Virus record (IMG/VR): IMGVR_UViG_2651869518_000004
Span: 1,266 to 65,265 of that record
Origin: a virus
Direction: 5' to 3' (one strand)
DNA length: 64,000 bases
Shown here: positions 1 through 8,326 of the stretch, in pieces
Layout: each line of letters begins with the position of its first letter
How positions within the stretch are numbered: the stretch's first letter is position 1
The notes under the pieces: generated by a model
What the model was told of the DNA's origin: nothing
The model's input: the letters and a program-made list of their open reading frames with translations, nothing else
Databases searched by the model: none
Program-made: the position numbers and the translations under genes

Positions 1-143
1 AAGGTGCCCCGTTGGGCAGGGGACCGTTGGACCGTTGATTTGAAGGACGGCCTGGAGCCGATCATCATGGTGGTGTTCAGCGACGCCGATTTGATTGGCA
101 AGTACACCGGTGACGTCCTCAAAGTGCGGAGCCACTTGGCATG
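1..143 (+). CDS. hypothetical phage protein, C-terminal fragment (ORF enters window from upstream)
   Basis: Open frame 1 from window edge to TGA at 141-143, overlapping the next ATG as ATGA; no motif recognised. Confidence 0.25.
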
Positions 144-389
144 ATCACCAACGAACAGGTCCAGGACCAAATCGCCACGGTGGAGTACCACCACTTTCGT
201 GGCACCACCATGACCGTCTGCTGCCTCAAGCTGCAGAGCGGCTACACAGTCATTGGCAAGTCGGCCGCAGCCGACCCGGCTGAGTTTGACATCACGCTGG
301 GCCAGAAGTTCGCCCGCGAAGACGCCGAGGCCCGCATCTACGAGCTGCTGGCCTTTGTGCAATGCGAGAAGCGGGCGGTGACAGCATGA
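141..389 (+). CDS. Gp49-like small phage protein
   Basis: 82 aa; overall resemblance to the phage Gp49/Sf6 gene-66 family; translationally coupled to neighbours by ATGA overlaps. Confidence 0.4.
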   Translation: MITNEQVQDQIATVEYHHFRGTTMTVCCLKLQSGYTVIGKSAAADPAEFDITLGQKFAREDAEARIYELLAFVQCEKRAVTA

Positions 390-979
390 AAACTGAAATT
401 ATTGTGATCCTGGATCGCAGCGGCTCCATGGGCAGCATCGCCAAAGAGGTGGTGGGTGGCTACCAAACCTTTGTGACCGAGCAGAAGGCGGCGCCCGGCG
501 AGGCCCGTATGACGTTGGTGCAGTTTGACGACAAGTACGAGCTGGACTACCAAGGCGTGCCGCTGGACACCGTTACCGGGCAGCTCAACTTTGTGCCGCG
601 TGGTATGACCGCCACCTATGATGCGGTGGGCCACACGCTGGAGCAGCAGGGCAAGCGCATCGCAGATGAAAAGTGGGCCGACCTGGTCATCGTCAACATC
701 ATCACCGACGGCGGCGAAAACTCCAGCAAGGAGTACACCAAGGACCGCGTGCAAACGATGGTCAAGCACGCCGAGGCCAACGGCTGGACGTTCCTGTTCT
801 TGGCGGCCAACATGGACGCCCACGCAGCCGCCCAGATGATGGGCAGCTCGGCCAAGTACGCCGGCAACTTTCAGGCAAATGCGGCCGGCGCGACGATGGC
901 CTACAGCACTATGTCGGCCACCGCCTCGGCGCTGCGCACCGTGGGTGACGTTGGCCTGAAGGGCTTGGTGACCAAATGA
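386..979 (+). CDS. von Willebrand factor type A (vWA) domain protein
   Basis: MIDAS-like motif DRSGSM near the N-terminus (ILDRSGSMGSI), later T and D residues, alpha/beta pattern; start ATG 386 overlaps the upstream stop (ATGA). Confidence 0.55.
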   Translation: MKTEIIVILDRSGSMGSIAKEVVGGYQTFVTEQKAAPGEARMTLVQFDDKYELDYQGVPLDTVTGQLNFVPRGMTATYDAVGHTLEQQGKRIADEKWADLVIVNIITDGGENSSKEYTKDRVQTMVKHAEANGWTFLFLAANMDAHAAAQMMGSSAKYAGNFQANAAGATMAYSTMSATASALRTVGDVGLKGLVTK

Positions 980-1437
980 AGCGCTACATCGGAACCAAGG
1001 TGATCAACGCCCGGCCCATGAACCGGGCCGACTACAACACCCACCGCAGTTGGCCACTGGCCGCCGACGAGAACGGCGCTGACGAGGGCTATCTGGTCGA
1101 ATGCCTCGACGGCGGAGCGCCCAACCACCCCGGGCACGCGGGCTACATCTCCTGGAGCCCCAAGGCCCAATTCGAGAACGCCTACACGGCCACCGAGGGC
1201 ATGACCTTTGGCCAGGCCATTTATGCGCTGCGTATCGGTTTCCGCGTGGCCCGGGAGGGTTGGAACGGCAAGAGCATGTGGTTGCATCTGGTCAAGGACT
1301 GGAACGGGGACGTCGGAGGCCTGCCCCTCGGGTGCGAGCTGCTCCCGTGGATCGGCATGAAGACCGCAGACGACAAGTTTGTCCCTTGGCTGGCCAGCCA
1401 GACCGACATGCTGGCCCTGGACTGGGGCGTCGTCTAA
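976..1437 (+). CDS. DUF2829-like phage protein
   Basis: C-terminal half (GFRVAREGWNGK...PW..S..D.LA.DW) resembles the DUF2829 phage family; ATGA overlap with the vWA gene. Confidence 0.4.
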   Translation: MKRYIGTKVINARPMNRADYNTHRSWPLAADENGADEGYLVECLDGGAPNHPGHAGYISWSPKAQFENAYTATEGMTFGQAIYALRIGFRVAREGWNGKSMWLHLVKDWNGDVGGLPLGCELLPWIGMKTADDKFVPWLASQTDMLALDWGVV

Positions 1438-1544
1438 GCCCAACCTAAACGCCGAGAGGCGCCGTGCCCTGGGCGACCAGGGCTTGACCCCAACGAACGC
1501 AGAGATGCGCCGTACCCCGGGAGACCGGGGTCAGAAAGACCCAA

Positions 1545-2501
1545 ATGGACAATGAAGACCTGCATGACGACGAGATCGACCTGAACGACACCCCGGCAGA
1601 CGACGCGCCCGGCGACACCTCGCTGGCTGACCCTGCACCTGGTGACGACGGAGAAGAGGCCACAGCCCGCCGCGACAGTGAGCTGGAGGAGGCTGAGACG
1701 GAGGAGGAGCGCGAGGCGATCCGCGAGAAGCGGCGCAAGGAGCGCAAGAACCGCAACCAGAAGCAGCGCGAGCGCTTTGAGGCCCAGGAGCGCAACATCG
1801 CCGCCCTGATGGCCCAGAACGCGGAGCTGCAGCAGCGCGTGAGCGCCATCCAAGACGTCAACGCCGGCGCCCAGCTCGCCCAGGTGGACAACGCCATCGC
1901 GCAGGCCAACCAGGCCGCCGAGCACTACAAGAAGATCATCGCCGAGGCCACGGCCAAGCAGGACGGCCGCGTGGTGGCCGAGGCCACCGAGTACATGATC
2001 GCCAGCCGCCAGCGCGCGCAGCAGCTCACCGAGTTCAAGACCAACGCGACGCGCGCCATCAACGCGCCCAAGCCCCTGAACCCGGCCTTGGTGAACAAGA
2101 GCCAGCAGTTCCTGGGCAAGAACACCTGGTACGGCGGCCCGCAGTCTGCCGACCCCGACTCCAAGGTGCTCACGGCGCTGGACAACAGCCTCACCGCCGA
2201 GGGCTGGGACGCCACCAGCGACGCCTACTGGTCCGAGCTGGAGAGCCGCGCCAAGAAGTACCTGCCTCACCGGTTCCAGAGCCGCCAGGGCTCCGGCAGT
2301 GGAGAGCCTCGTACGGTCACCCGCAGCCCGGTCTCCGGTGGCAACACCGCATCGGGCTCGGGCGACCGGGGCAACGTCTTCACGCTCTCCCCCGAGCGCG
2401 TGGCGGCCATCAAGTCCGCCGGCATGTGGGACGACCCGGTCGAGCGCAAGAAGATGATCACGCAATTCCGCAACTACGACCTCGCCAACAAACGGAGCTA
2501 A
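1545..2501 (+). CDS. putative head scaffolding protein
   Basis: Highly acidic N-terminus (DNEDLHDDEIDLND...), long predicted coiled coil, sits upstream of capsid-like genes. Confidence 0.4.
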   Translation: MDNEDLHDDEIDLNDTPADDAPGDTSLADPAPGDDGEEATARRDSELEEAETEEEREAIREKRRKERKNRNQKQRERFEAQERNIAALMAQNAELQQRVSAIQDVNAGAQLAQVDNAIAQANQAAEHYKKIIAEATAKQDGRVVAEATEYMIASRQRAQQLTEFKTNATRAINAPKPLNPALVNKSQQFLGKNTWYGGPQSADPDSKVLTALDNSLTAEGWDATSDAYWSELESRAKKYLPHRFQSRQGSGSGEPRTVTRSPVSGGNTASGSGDRGNVFTLSPERVAAIKSAGMWDDPVERKKMITQFRNYDLANKRS

Positions 2502-2504
2502 GCC

Positions 2505-3077
2505 ATGAGCAACAACAAGACACTGCACCTGAACAAGGGCGAGGACGCCCGCACCAAGATTGGCGGCGCGCCCGACATGCGCGGCGACCGTGGCTTCAAC
2601 GATGAGCCCGACTCCGACCGCGACGGCAGCGGCCTGCTGAGCGAGACCGATGAGTTTGAGAAGCTCTTGCAGGACGAGTTCAGCCAGACCGCGCTGCCCA
2701 ACCCGCCGGCCCTGGAGGGCTACCACCTGGCCTGGCTGACCACCTCCAGCCAGTACGACTCGGTGCAGAAGCGCCAGCGCCTGGGCTACACACCGGTGCG
2801 CCAGAGCGAGATGCCGGGCTTCGACGCAAGCAACGGTCAGACCCTGGTCGGCTTCGATGGCCTGGTGCACTGCAACGAGATGGTGCTCTTCAAGATCGCC
2901 GAGAGCCGCTACCAGCAGATCATGGGGTTCTACCACCACAAGAAGCCGCTGCAGGAGGAGGAGGGCATCGTTGACCGCTTCAACCAGCAGGGTGAGCGCA
3001 TCAAGGACCCTGAAGACGGCGTGACGGCCATCGAGCAGGAGATGGCCCAGAAGCGGAAAACTCCCACCTTTGCGTAA
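2505..3077 (+). CDS. hypothetical virion-associated protein
   Basis: 190-aa ORF in the head-gene block; no motif recognised. Confidence 0.3.
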   Translation: MSNNKTLHLNKGEDARTKIGGAPDMRGDRGFNDEPDSDRDGSGLLSETDEFEKLLQDEFSQTALPNPPALEGYHLAWLTTSSQYDSVQKRQRLGYTPVRQSEMPGFDASNGQTLVGFDGLVHCNEMVLFKIAESRYQQIMGFYHHKKPLQEEEGIVDRFNQQGERIKDPEDGVTAIEQEMAQKRKTPTFA

Positions 3078-3104
3078 AAGTCTGGTACATTACGTGCACA
3101 TGAG

Positions 3105-3140
3105 TTATGTAATCAGCGCTGATAAGTGCCGATTACATAA
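3105..3140. promoter_or_regulatory. perfect 10-bp inverted repeat TTATGTAATC/GATTACATAA in a low-GC 190-nt intergenic gap
   Basis: Seen directly in sequence; the only long AT-rich gap in the head operon, just upstream of the 3267 gene; candidate late promoter/operator or RNA hairpin. Confidence 0.3.
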
Positions 3141-3266
3141 CAAAAGGTATCGAGTCTGAAAATTGCCAGCGCGTAGCCCGCAAGGCTCCAGGTGCGATTT
3201 GGTTGACCCGTCAGTGGCCGCAAGGTCTTTGTCGATTCATTCATTTTTACATCTGGAGCTACCGCT

Positions 3267-3842
3267 ATGACAGCAGTTGCAGCGCCGATGGGCTTGCAAG
3301 CCGTGTACCACCCCTCTGGGCTGGAGCGCGCCATGCAATTCCAAATCCCGACGAATTACGGCACGTCGATCTTCAAGGGCGACCCGGTCATCCTTGACAA
3401 CACCACCAACGTTGGCCAACTGAAAATTGGCACCGCCGCCGCCGCCCTGCTGGGTGTGTTCATCGGCTGCGAGTACACCGACGCCACGGGCAAGCCCACC
3501 TTCTCCAGCTACTGGCCTGCGTCCCAGACCACCCAGACCGGCAGCATCACCACCGCGTGGGTGATCACCGACATCGAGACGGTCTACAAAGTCCAGGCTC
3601 AGGGCTCCCTGACCCAGGCAGCGGTAGGCAAGGAGTACGACATCGTCATGGGCTCGGGTAACACCAGCACCGGCTTGTCCAGCACCGCCCTGTCCATCAC
3701 CCCGGCCTCCAACGGCGCGCAGAAGCAATTCCGCGTGGTCGACATCGACCGGTCCCCGGACAACGCCGCCGGCGATGCTTTCACCGTCGTGAACGTCGTC
3801 CTCGCCAACACACAGTTCCGCGCCCCTGCGGTAGCCATCTAA
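3267..3842 (+). CDS. phage structural protein (capsid-associated or decoration candidate)
   Basis: 191 aa, beta-rich T/S/G composition, directly upstream of the major capsid gene with a strong RBS (GGAG). Confidence 0.35.
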   Translation: MTAVAAPMGLQAVYHPSGLERAMQFQIPTNYGTSIFKGDPVILDNTTNVGQLKIGTAAAALLGVFIGCEYTDATGKPTFSSYWPASQTTQTGSITTAWVITDIETVYKVQAQGSLTQAAVGKEYDIVMGSGNTSTGLSSTALSITPASNGAQKQFRVVDIDRSPDNAAGDAFTVVNVVLANTQFRAPAVAI

Positions 3843-3852
3843 GGAGTAGACC

Positions 3853-4770
3853 ATGGCACTGCCAATGCGTAATACGGACTTCCGTGCGATTGTTGAGCCC
3901 GTACTCAACCAGTTCTTCGACGGCGTGTATGACCAGCGTGATGACGAGTGGAAGCAGGTCTTCCGTGAGGTCAAGGCGACCATCGAGCGTGCCTACTTTG
4001 AAGAGCCCGTGGGCTACGGCTTCGGTGCAGCTCCCGAGCTGCCCGACGGCCAGCCGGTCACCTACCAATCGGGTGGTGTGCTCTTCAACAAGCGCTACAC
4101 CTACAAGGTCTTTGGCCTGGCCTTTGCGCTGACCAAAATCCTGGTGGAAGACGGCGAGCACATCAACGTGGGCTCCACCTTCTCGAAGCACCTGGCCCAG
4201 TCCCTGGTCGAGACCAAGGAAACCCGCTGCGCCAACGTCCTGAACCGGGCCTTCAACAGCTCGTATGTTGGCGGCGACGGTGTGTCCCTGAACAGCACCA
4301 GCCACCCCATCGTGGGCAACGTCTTCAGCAACCAGTTGACCACCCCGGCCGCGCTGTCCCAGACCTCTCTGGAGCAGATGCTGATCCAAATCCGCAAGGC
4401 CGTGGACAACAACGGCAAGAAGATTCGCCTGCAGCCCAAGAAGCTGGTGATCGCCCCCGACAACGCCTTCCAGGCCGAGGTCCTGCTGAAGTCTGTGCTA
4501 CGCACTGGCACTAGCAACAACGACATCAACCCTGTGAAGTCGGCCGGCATGCTGGACGACAAGGCCGCTGTGCTGTCCCGCCTGACCTCTGCAACTGCCT
4601 GGTGGGTCACCACCGACGCACCCGAGGGCCTCAAGCTCATCGTGCGCCGCAAGCTGCAGAAGTCCATGGAGGGCGACTTCGAGACCGACAGCGTCCGCTA
4701 CAAGGCCGTTGAGCGCTACATCGAAGGGTGGACGGACCCTCGGGCTGCGTATGGAACGGCCGGAGCTTGA
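3853..4770 (+). CDS. major capsid protein, Mu gpT-like family
   Basis: C-terminal segment QPKKLVIAPDNAFQAEVLL matches Mu gpT RPNLLVVPTTLRSKAKEVV; SHPIVGNV matches Mu DHPVYPNV; 305 aa. Confidence 0.5.
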   Translation: MALPMRNTDFRAIVEPVLNQFFDGVYDQRDDEWKQVFREVKATIERAYFEEPVGYGFGAAPELPDGQPVTYQSGGVLFNKRYTYKVFGLAFALTKILVEDGEHINVGSTFSKHLAQSLVETKETRCANVLNRAFNSSYVGGDGVSLNSTSHPIVGNVFSNQLTTPAALSQTSLEQMLIQIRKAVDNNGKKIRLQPKKLVIAPDNAFQAEVLLKSVLRTGTSNNDINPVKSAGMLDDKAAVLSRLTSATAWWVTTDAPEGLKLIVRRKLQKSMEGDFETDSVRYKAVERYIEGWTDPRAAYGTAGA

Positions 4771-4799
4771 CCTAAGTCAAATATCGAGGTATTTGGCAC

Positions 4800-5498
4800 A
4801 TGACCGCAATCATCGCCACCGGATGCTGTGTCTACGGATGCGGAAAGCCGTCGATTGCGAATGGCTACTGCGATACCCATCGCAAGCGCCTGGAGAGACA
4901 CGGTCATGTGCTTCAAACCCGCCCTGCTGACTGGGGGCTACGTGAGCGTCACCCGTTGTACGACTCTTGGAGGCACTTCTCCAGGACCAATACGCTGCCG
5001 CCCGAATGGTCTGATTTTTGGGACTTTGTCAAAGAAGTGAAGGAGCGCCCTGAAGGCGCACTTTGCATGGCGAAGATCGAAGAGGAGAAGCCATTCGGAC
5101 CAGGGAATTGGTACTGGAGGATGCCAGTGAGCTCGCCTGCGTATCGCCTTGAAAAGGCGGCGCAGATGCGCGAGTACACCAAGATGCGCAGGGAGAAGGA
5201 CCCTTGGCATGAGTTCCGTAGTTCTTTGAAGCGGTACTACGGAATTACTGTCGAGCAGTACCTTGACATCCATGACAGCCAAGGTGGCGTTTGCGCCATC
5301 TGCGGGAAGGCCGAGTCGTCGGTGGACCCAAAGACCGGACGCGTACGGCGATTAGCTGTCGATCACGACCACGCATCGGGAGCCATTCGTGGCCTTCTGT
5401 GCAAGCACTGCAACACCGCGCTTGGCCAGTTCCAAGACAGCGTCCAAGTCCTTAGCTCCGCTATTGGCTACCTCGAAAAGCATCAACGAAATACCTAG
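4800..5498 (+). CDS. recombination endonuclease VII-like (HNH-type) nuclease
   Basis: CAICG...LAVDHDHASGAIRGLLCKHCNTALG matches the T4 endonuclease VII zinc/HNH core; inserted between capsid and downstream structural genes. Confidence 0.6.
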   Translation: MTAIIATGCCVYGCGKPSIANGYCDTHRKRLERHGHVLQTRPADWGLRERHPLYDSWRHFSRTNTLPPEWSDFWDFVKEVKERPEGALCMAKIEEEKPFGPGNWYWRMPVSSPAYRLEKAAQMREYTKMRREKDPWHEFRSSLKRYYGITVEQYLDIHDSQGGVCAICGKAESSVDPKTGRVRRLAVDHDHASGAIRGLLCKHCNTALGQFQDSVQVLSSAIGYLEKHQRNT

Positions 5499-5507
5499 GA
5501 GAACCCC

Positions 5508-6692
5508 ATGGGTGCAAGCATCATCTCTGGCCCGAGCGTCGTCTCTGGCAACACGAACCCTGTGCAGAACAGCGAGCCCGATCAAGGCCCCTCGCTGACC
5601 TTCCAGGGCTCCGGCATGACGGACCCCCGCTATGTCGCCAACATTGGCGCCGCCCCCGGCACCAAGATTTATGGCATGTACACCAACAGCTATGTCGTCA
5701 GCACTGACGCCATCCCTGTAGCCTTGAGCAACACCCGCATCGCCGCTGCCGCTGCTCCCACAGCCGCAACCCCGATGACGCTGGTGAGCGCGCAGGGCGC
5801 CGGCGTATCGCCCAACGTGCCGATCCTGCCCTTTGGCCAGAGCGCTGTCACATCCAACTTGGTGAGCGGCCTGGTCTTGGACTTCGGCTTCACCGTGGCC
5901 AACTCGACCGCATCCAGCACCACCCTGAACCTCCCGGCGGGTGCCTGGCGCTACTTCTTCAAGGGCCAGCGGATCGTGGTGGCCGGCGCCGGTGCGTCCG
6001 GCGGCAACCTGTTCACGACCGTGGCGGCGGCCGTGGTGCCCAACAGCACCACCATCACCCTGACTGACGCGGCGCTGACCAGCACCAACGGCTGCCAGGT
6101 GGCTACCGCGCACCCGACGCTGAACGCCGCATGGCCCTTCGCCATCGCAGGCACCATTGCGCTGTTTGACCCCGCCCAGGGCATTGCCCGTGCGGTGTCG
6201 ATCACGGCCAACGCGGGTGCCACCGTTCAGGCGGTCACCGTGCGGGGCTACGACGTCTACGGTCAGGCGATGTCCGAGACCATCACAACCTCTGCCGGCG
6301 CGACGGTGAACGGCAAGAAGGCCTTCAAGGTGATCAGCTCGGTGACCCCGGCCACGACCGACGCCGGCCACACGCTGTCTGTTGGCACGACCGACATCCA
6401 CGGATTCAACTTCCGCACGGACTTCTGGGAGTACATCGACGTCTTCATGGCCGGGCAGTTCGTGACCACATCTACCGGCTGGACTGTTGCCGATGCCACC
6501 GCGACGGCCACCAGCACCACCGGTGACGTGCGCGGCACCTACGCCCTGCAGACCGCCTCCAACGGCGACGGCACCGTGGCTAACTGGGCAACCAGCCGCC
6601 GCGTGGCCATGTTCAGCTCGCTGCCGATGTACAACAGCATCAACAGCACCAACCTGAACTACGTCACGTTGTTTGGCACCACGCAAGCGTAA
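5508..6692 (+). CDS. phage structural protein
   Basis: 394 aa, T/S/A/G-rich beta-type composition in the structural operon. Confidence 0.35.
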   Translation: MGASIISGPSVVSGNTNPVQNSEPDQGPSLTFQGSGMTDPRYVANIGAAPGTKIYGMYTNSYVVSTDAIPVALSNTRIAAAAAPTAATPMTLVSAQGAGVSPNVPILPFGQSAVTSNLVSGLVLDFGFTVANSTASSTTLNLPAGAWRYFFKGQRIVVAGAGASGGNLFTTVAAAVVPNSTTITLTDAALTSTNGCQVATAHPTLNAAWPFAIAGTIALFDPAQGIARAVSITANAGATVQAVTVRGYDVYGQAMSETITTSAGATVNGKKAFKVISSVTPATTDAGHTLSVGTTDIHGFNFRTDFWEYIDVFMAGQFVTTSTGWTVADATATATSTTGDVRGTYALQTASNGDGTVANWATSRRVAMFSSLPMYNSINSTNLNYVTLFGTTQA

Positions 6693-6713
6693 CCATGGGC
6701 ACAGGGGGCGAGC

Positions 6714-7718
6714 ATGGCAACAAGTTCCGGCACGGTTGGTCAGACAACCGTAGACGTGTCCACCTTGGTGGAGCACGCCTTTCGGCGCACGGGCAAGCTC
6801 GCCTCTACTGTCAGCTCTGAGCTGCAGCTCGCGGCTAAGGAAAACCTCTTCTTCCTGCTCAGCGATCTAGCCAATCGCGGCCTGTCCCTCTGGTGCGTGC
6901 AGAAGCACGTGCTGGGGGTGACTGCCAACCAAATTGTCTACCCGCTCCCCGTGGGCACGGTGGACGTCAACACGGCCCTGTACCGGACCAAGACCGACTT
7001 GACTGGTACGACCATCAGCGGCACCGGCTGGCAGGGCCTGGATCAGGCCGCAGCGGGCTCCCTCGTGAGCACCGTGCGCCTGACCTTCGGCGTGGCCACT
7101 GCGGCCACCTTGGTCGTGGAGTACTCCACCGACAACCAAGTCACCTGGAACTACGCCGCTACGCTCAACAGCGGCCTGGCGGTCGCCGCCGGCGTGCCAA
7201 TCTGCGCAGACGTGGACAACGCCGTGGTCGCCGAGTTCTGGCGCGTGCGGGATACCTCCGGCACCTTGGCGGCCGTCTCCTCGCTCACCTTCTCGACCAG
7301 CCCCCAAGAGGTGCCGATGGCGCCGATGAGCAACGACGACTACGCGGCACTGCCCAACAAAACTTACACGGGAACCAAGGCCCTGCAGTACTGGTACGAC
7401 AAGCAGATCAACCCCCAGCTCTGGGTCTGGCCAGCCTCGCAGACGTCGGTGGATCAGATCGTGGTCTGGACCCAGTCCCACATCCAAGACGTGGGCGCGC
7501 TGACCAACGCGGTGAACATCCCCCAGCGCTGGCACCAGGCCGTCATCTTCATGCTCTCCGAGCTGTGCGCCGGCGAGCTGCCCGCCGGCGAGCTGCCTGA
7601 TGGGCGCCTGCTGTGGCTGCAGGAAAAGGCCCAGGAGCACCTGACGCAGGCCGAGAACGGCGAGTCGGATGGCACCCCGATCCGCATCTCGCCGGCCATC
7701 CGTGGGTACAACAAGTAA
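6714..7718 (+). CDS. phage structural protein (adaptor/tail component candidate)
   Basis: 334 aa in the structural block; no specific motif recognised. Confidence 0.35.
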   Translation: MATSSGTVGQTTVDVSTLVEHAFRRTGKLASTVSSELQLAAKENLFFLLSDLANRGLSLWCVQKHVLGVTANQIVYPLPVGTVDVNTALYRTKTDLTGTTISGTGWQGLDQAAAGSLVSTVRLTFGVATAATLVVEYSTDNQVTWNYAATLNSGLAVAAGVPICADVDNAVVAEFWRVRDTSGTLAAVSSLTFSTSPQEVPMAPMSNDDYAALPNKTYTGTKALQYWYDKQINPQLWVWPASQTSVDQIVVWTQSHIQDVGALTNAVNIPQRWHQAVIFMLSELCAGELPAGELPDGRLLWLQEKAQEHLTQAENGESDGTPIRISPAIRGYNK

Positions 7719-7960
7719 TGGGGCTCTACCTTGACACCTCTGGCTATGCATCTAGGGCCGTGAGCCGCTGCGACCGATGCAGCATGAAGGTGCCGTACAG
7801 CATCCTCGTGAGCGACGGCGACAAGCCCGGCATGCGTGTGTGCCCCGAGTGCCGCGACAACATCGACGCCTGGCGCCTGACCCCGGCCGCGCCCGACAAG
7901 ATCGAGCTGCAGTACCCCCGCCCAGATGACCCAATTGCGGTCCCGCTGGACGGCTCTTAA
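7718..7960 (+). CDS. small zinc-ribbon protein
   Basis: CDRCS...CPECRD (two CxxC pairs); TAATG overlap with the upstream gene. Confidence 0.35.
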   Translation: MGLYLDTSGYASRAVSRCDRCSMKVPYSILVSDGDKPGMRVCPECRDNIDAWRLTPAAPDKIELQYPRPDDPIAVPLDGS

Positions 7961-7981
7961 CCCCACCACCCAGGACACCCT

Positions 7982-8326
7982 ATGCGCCCAATCACCCTTG
8001 CAACGCTGTCGTCTGTCACCACCAGCCCGGTCATCCCGCTGGACTACCGTGCCAGCAACCCCATGGCCACGCTGAACCTGATCGTCACCGGGACCAACAC
8101 GACCACGGTCCAGGTGACCGACGACGACGTGTTCGCGCCAGGATTCAACCCTCTCACGGCGAACTGGATTGCCCTGCCCAGCCCGGCCGCCTTCACCGGC
8201 GCCACGGCCTCGCAGACGGGCTCCTTCAGCGTCTCGGCGTACACCGGCCTGCGCCTGAACATGACCGCCTGGACCTCCGGCGGGGCCACGCTGAAGATCA
8301 TCAGCAACAGCACGCTGGGGGTGTAA
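7982..8326 (+). CDS. hypothetical tail-associated protein
   Basis: 114 aa beta-rich protein immediately upstream of the tail fiber gene. Confidence 0.3.
   Translation: MRPITLATLSSVTTSPVIPLDYRASNPMATLNLIVTGTNTTTVQVTDDDVFAPGFNPLTANWIALPSPAAFTGATASQTGSFSVSAYTGLRLNMTAWTSGGATLKIISNSTLGV

Noticed and set aside
1434-2939. 501-aa minus-strand ORF antisense to the scaffold gene. Similar long antisense ORFs: 5352-6776, 7454-9010, 10808-11308, 15811-16608, 19678-21162, 21011-21943, 53607-55040, 58049-59440.
   Set aside because: Low-complexity R/G/A/L-rich translations typical of stop-poor antisense frames in 65% GC DNA; each is fully overlapped by a sense ORF with recognisable motifs.
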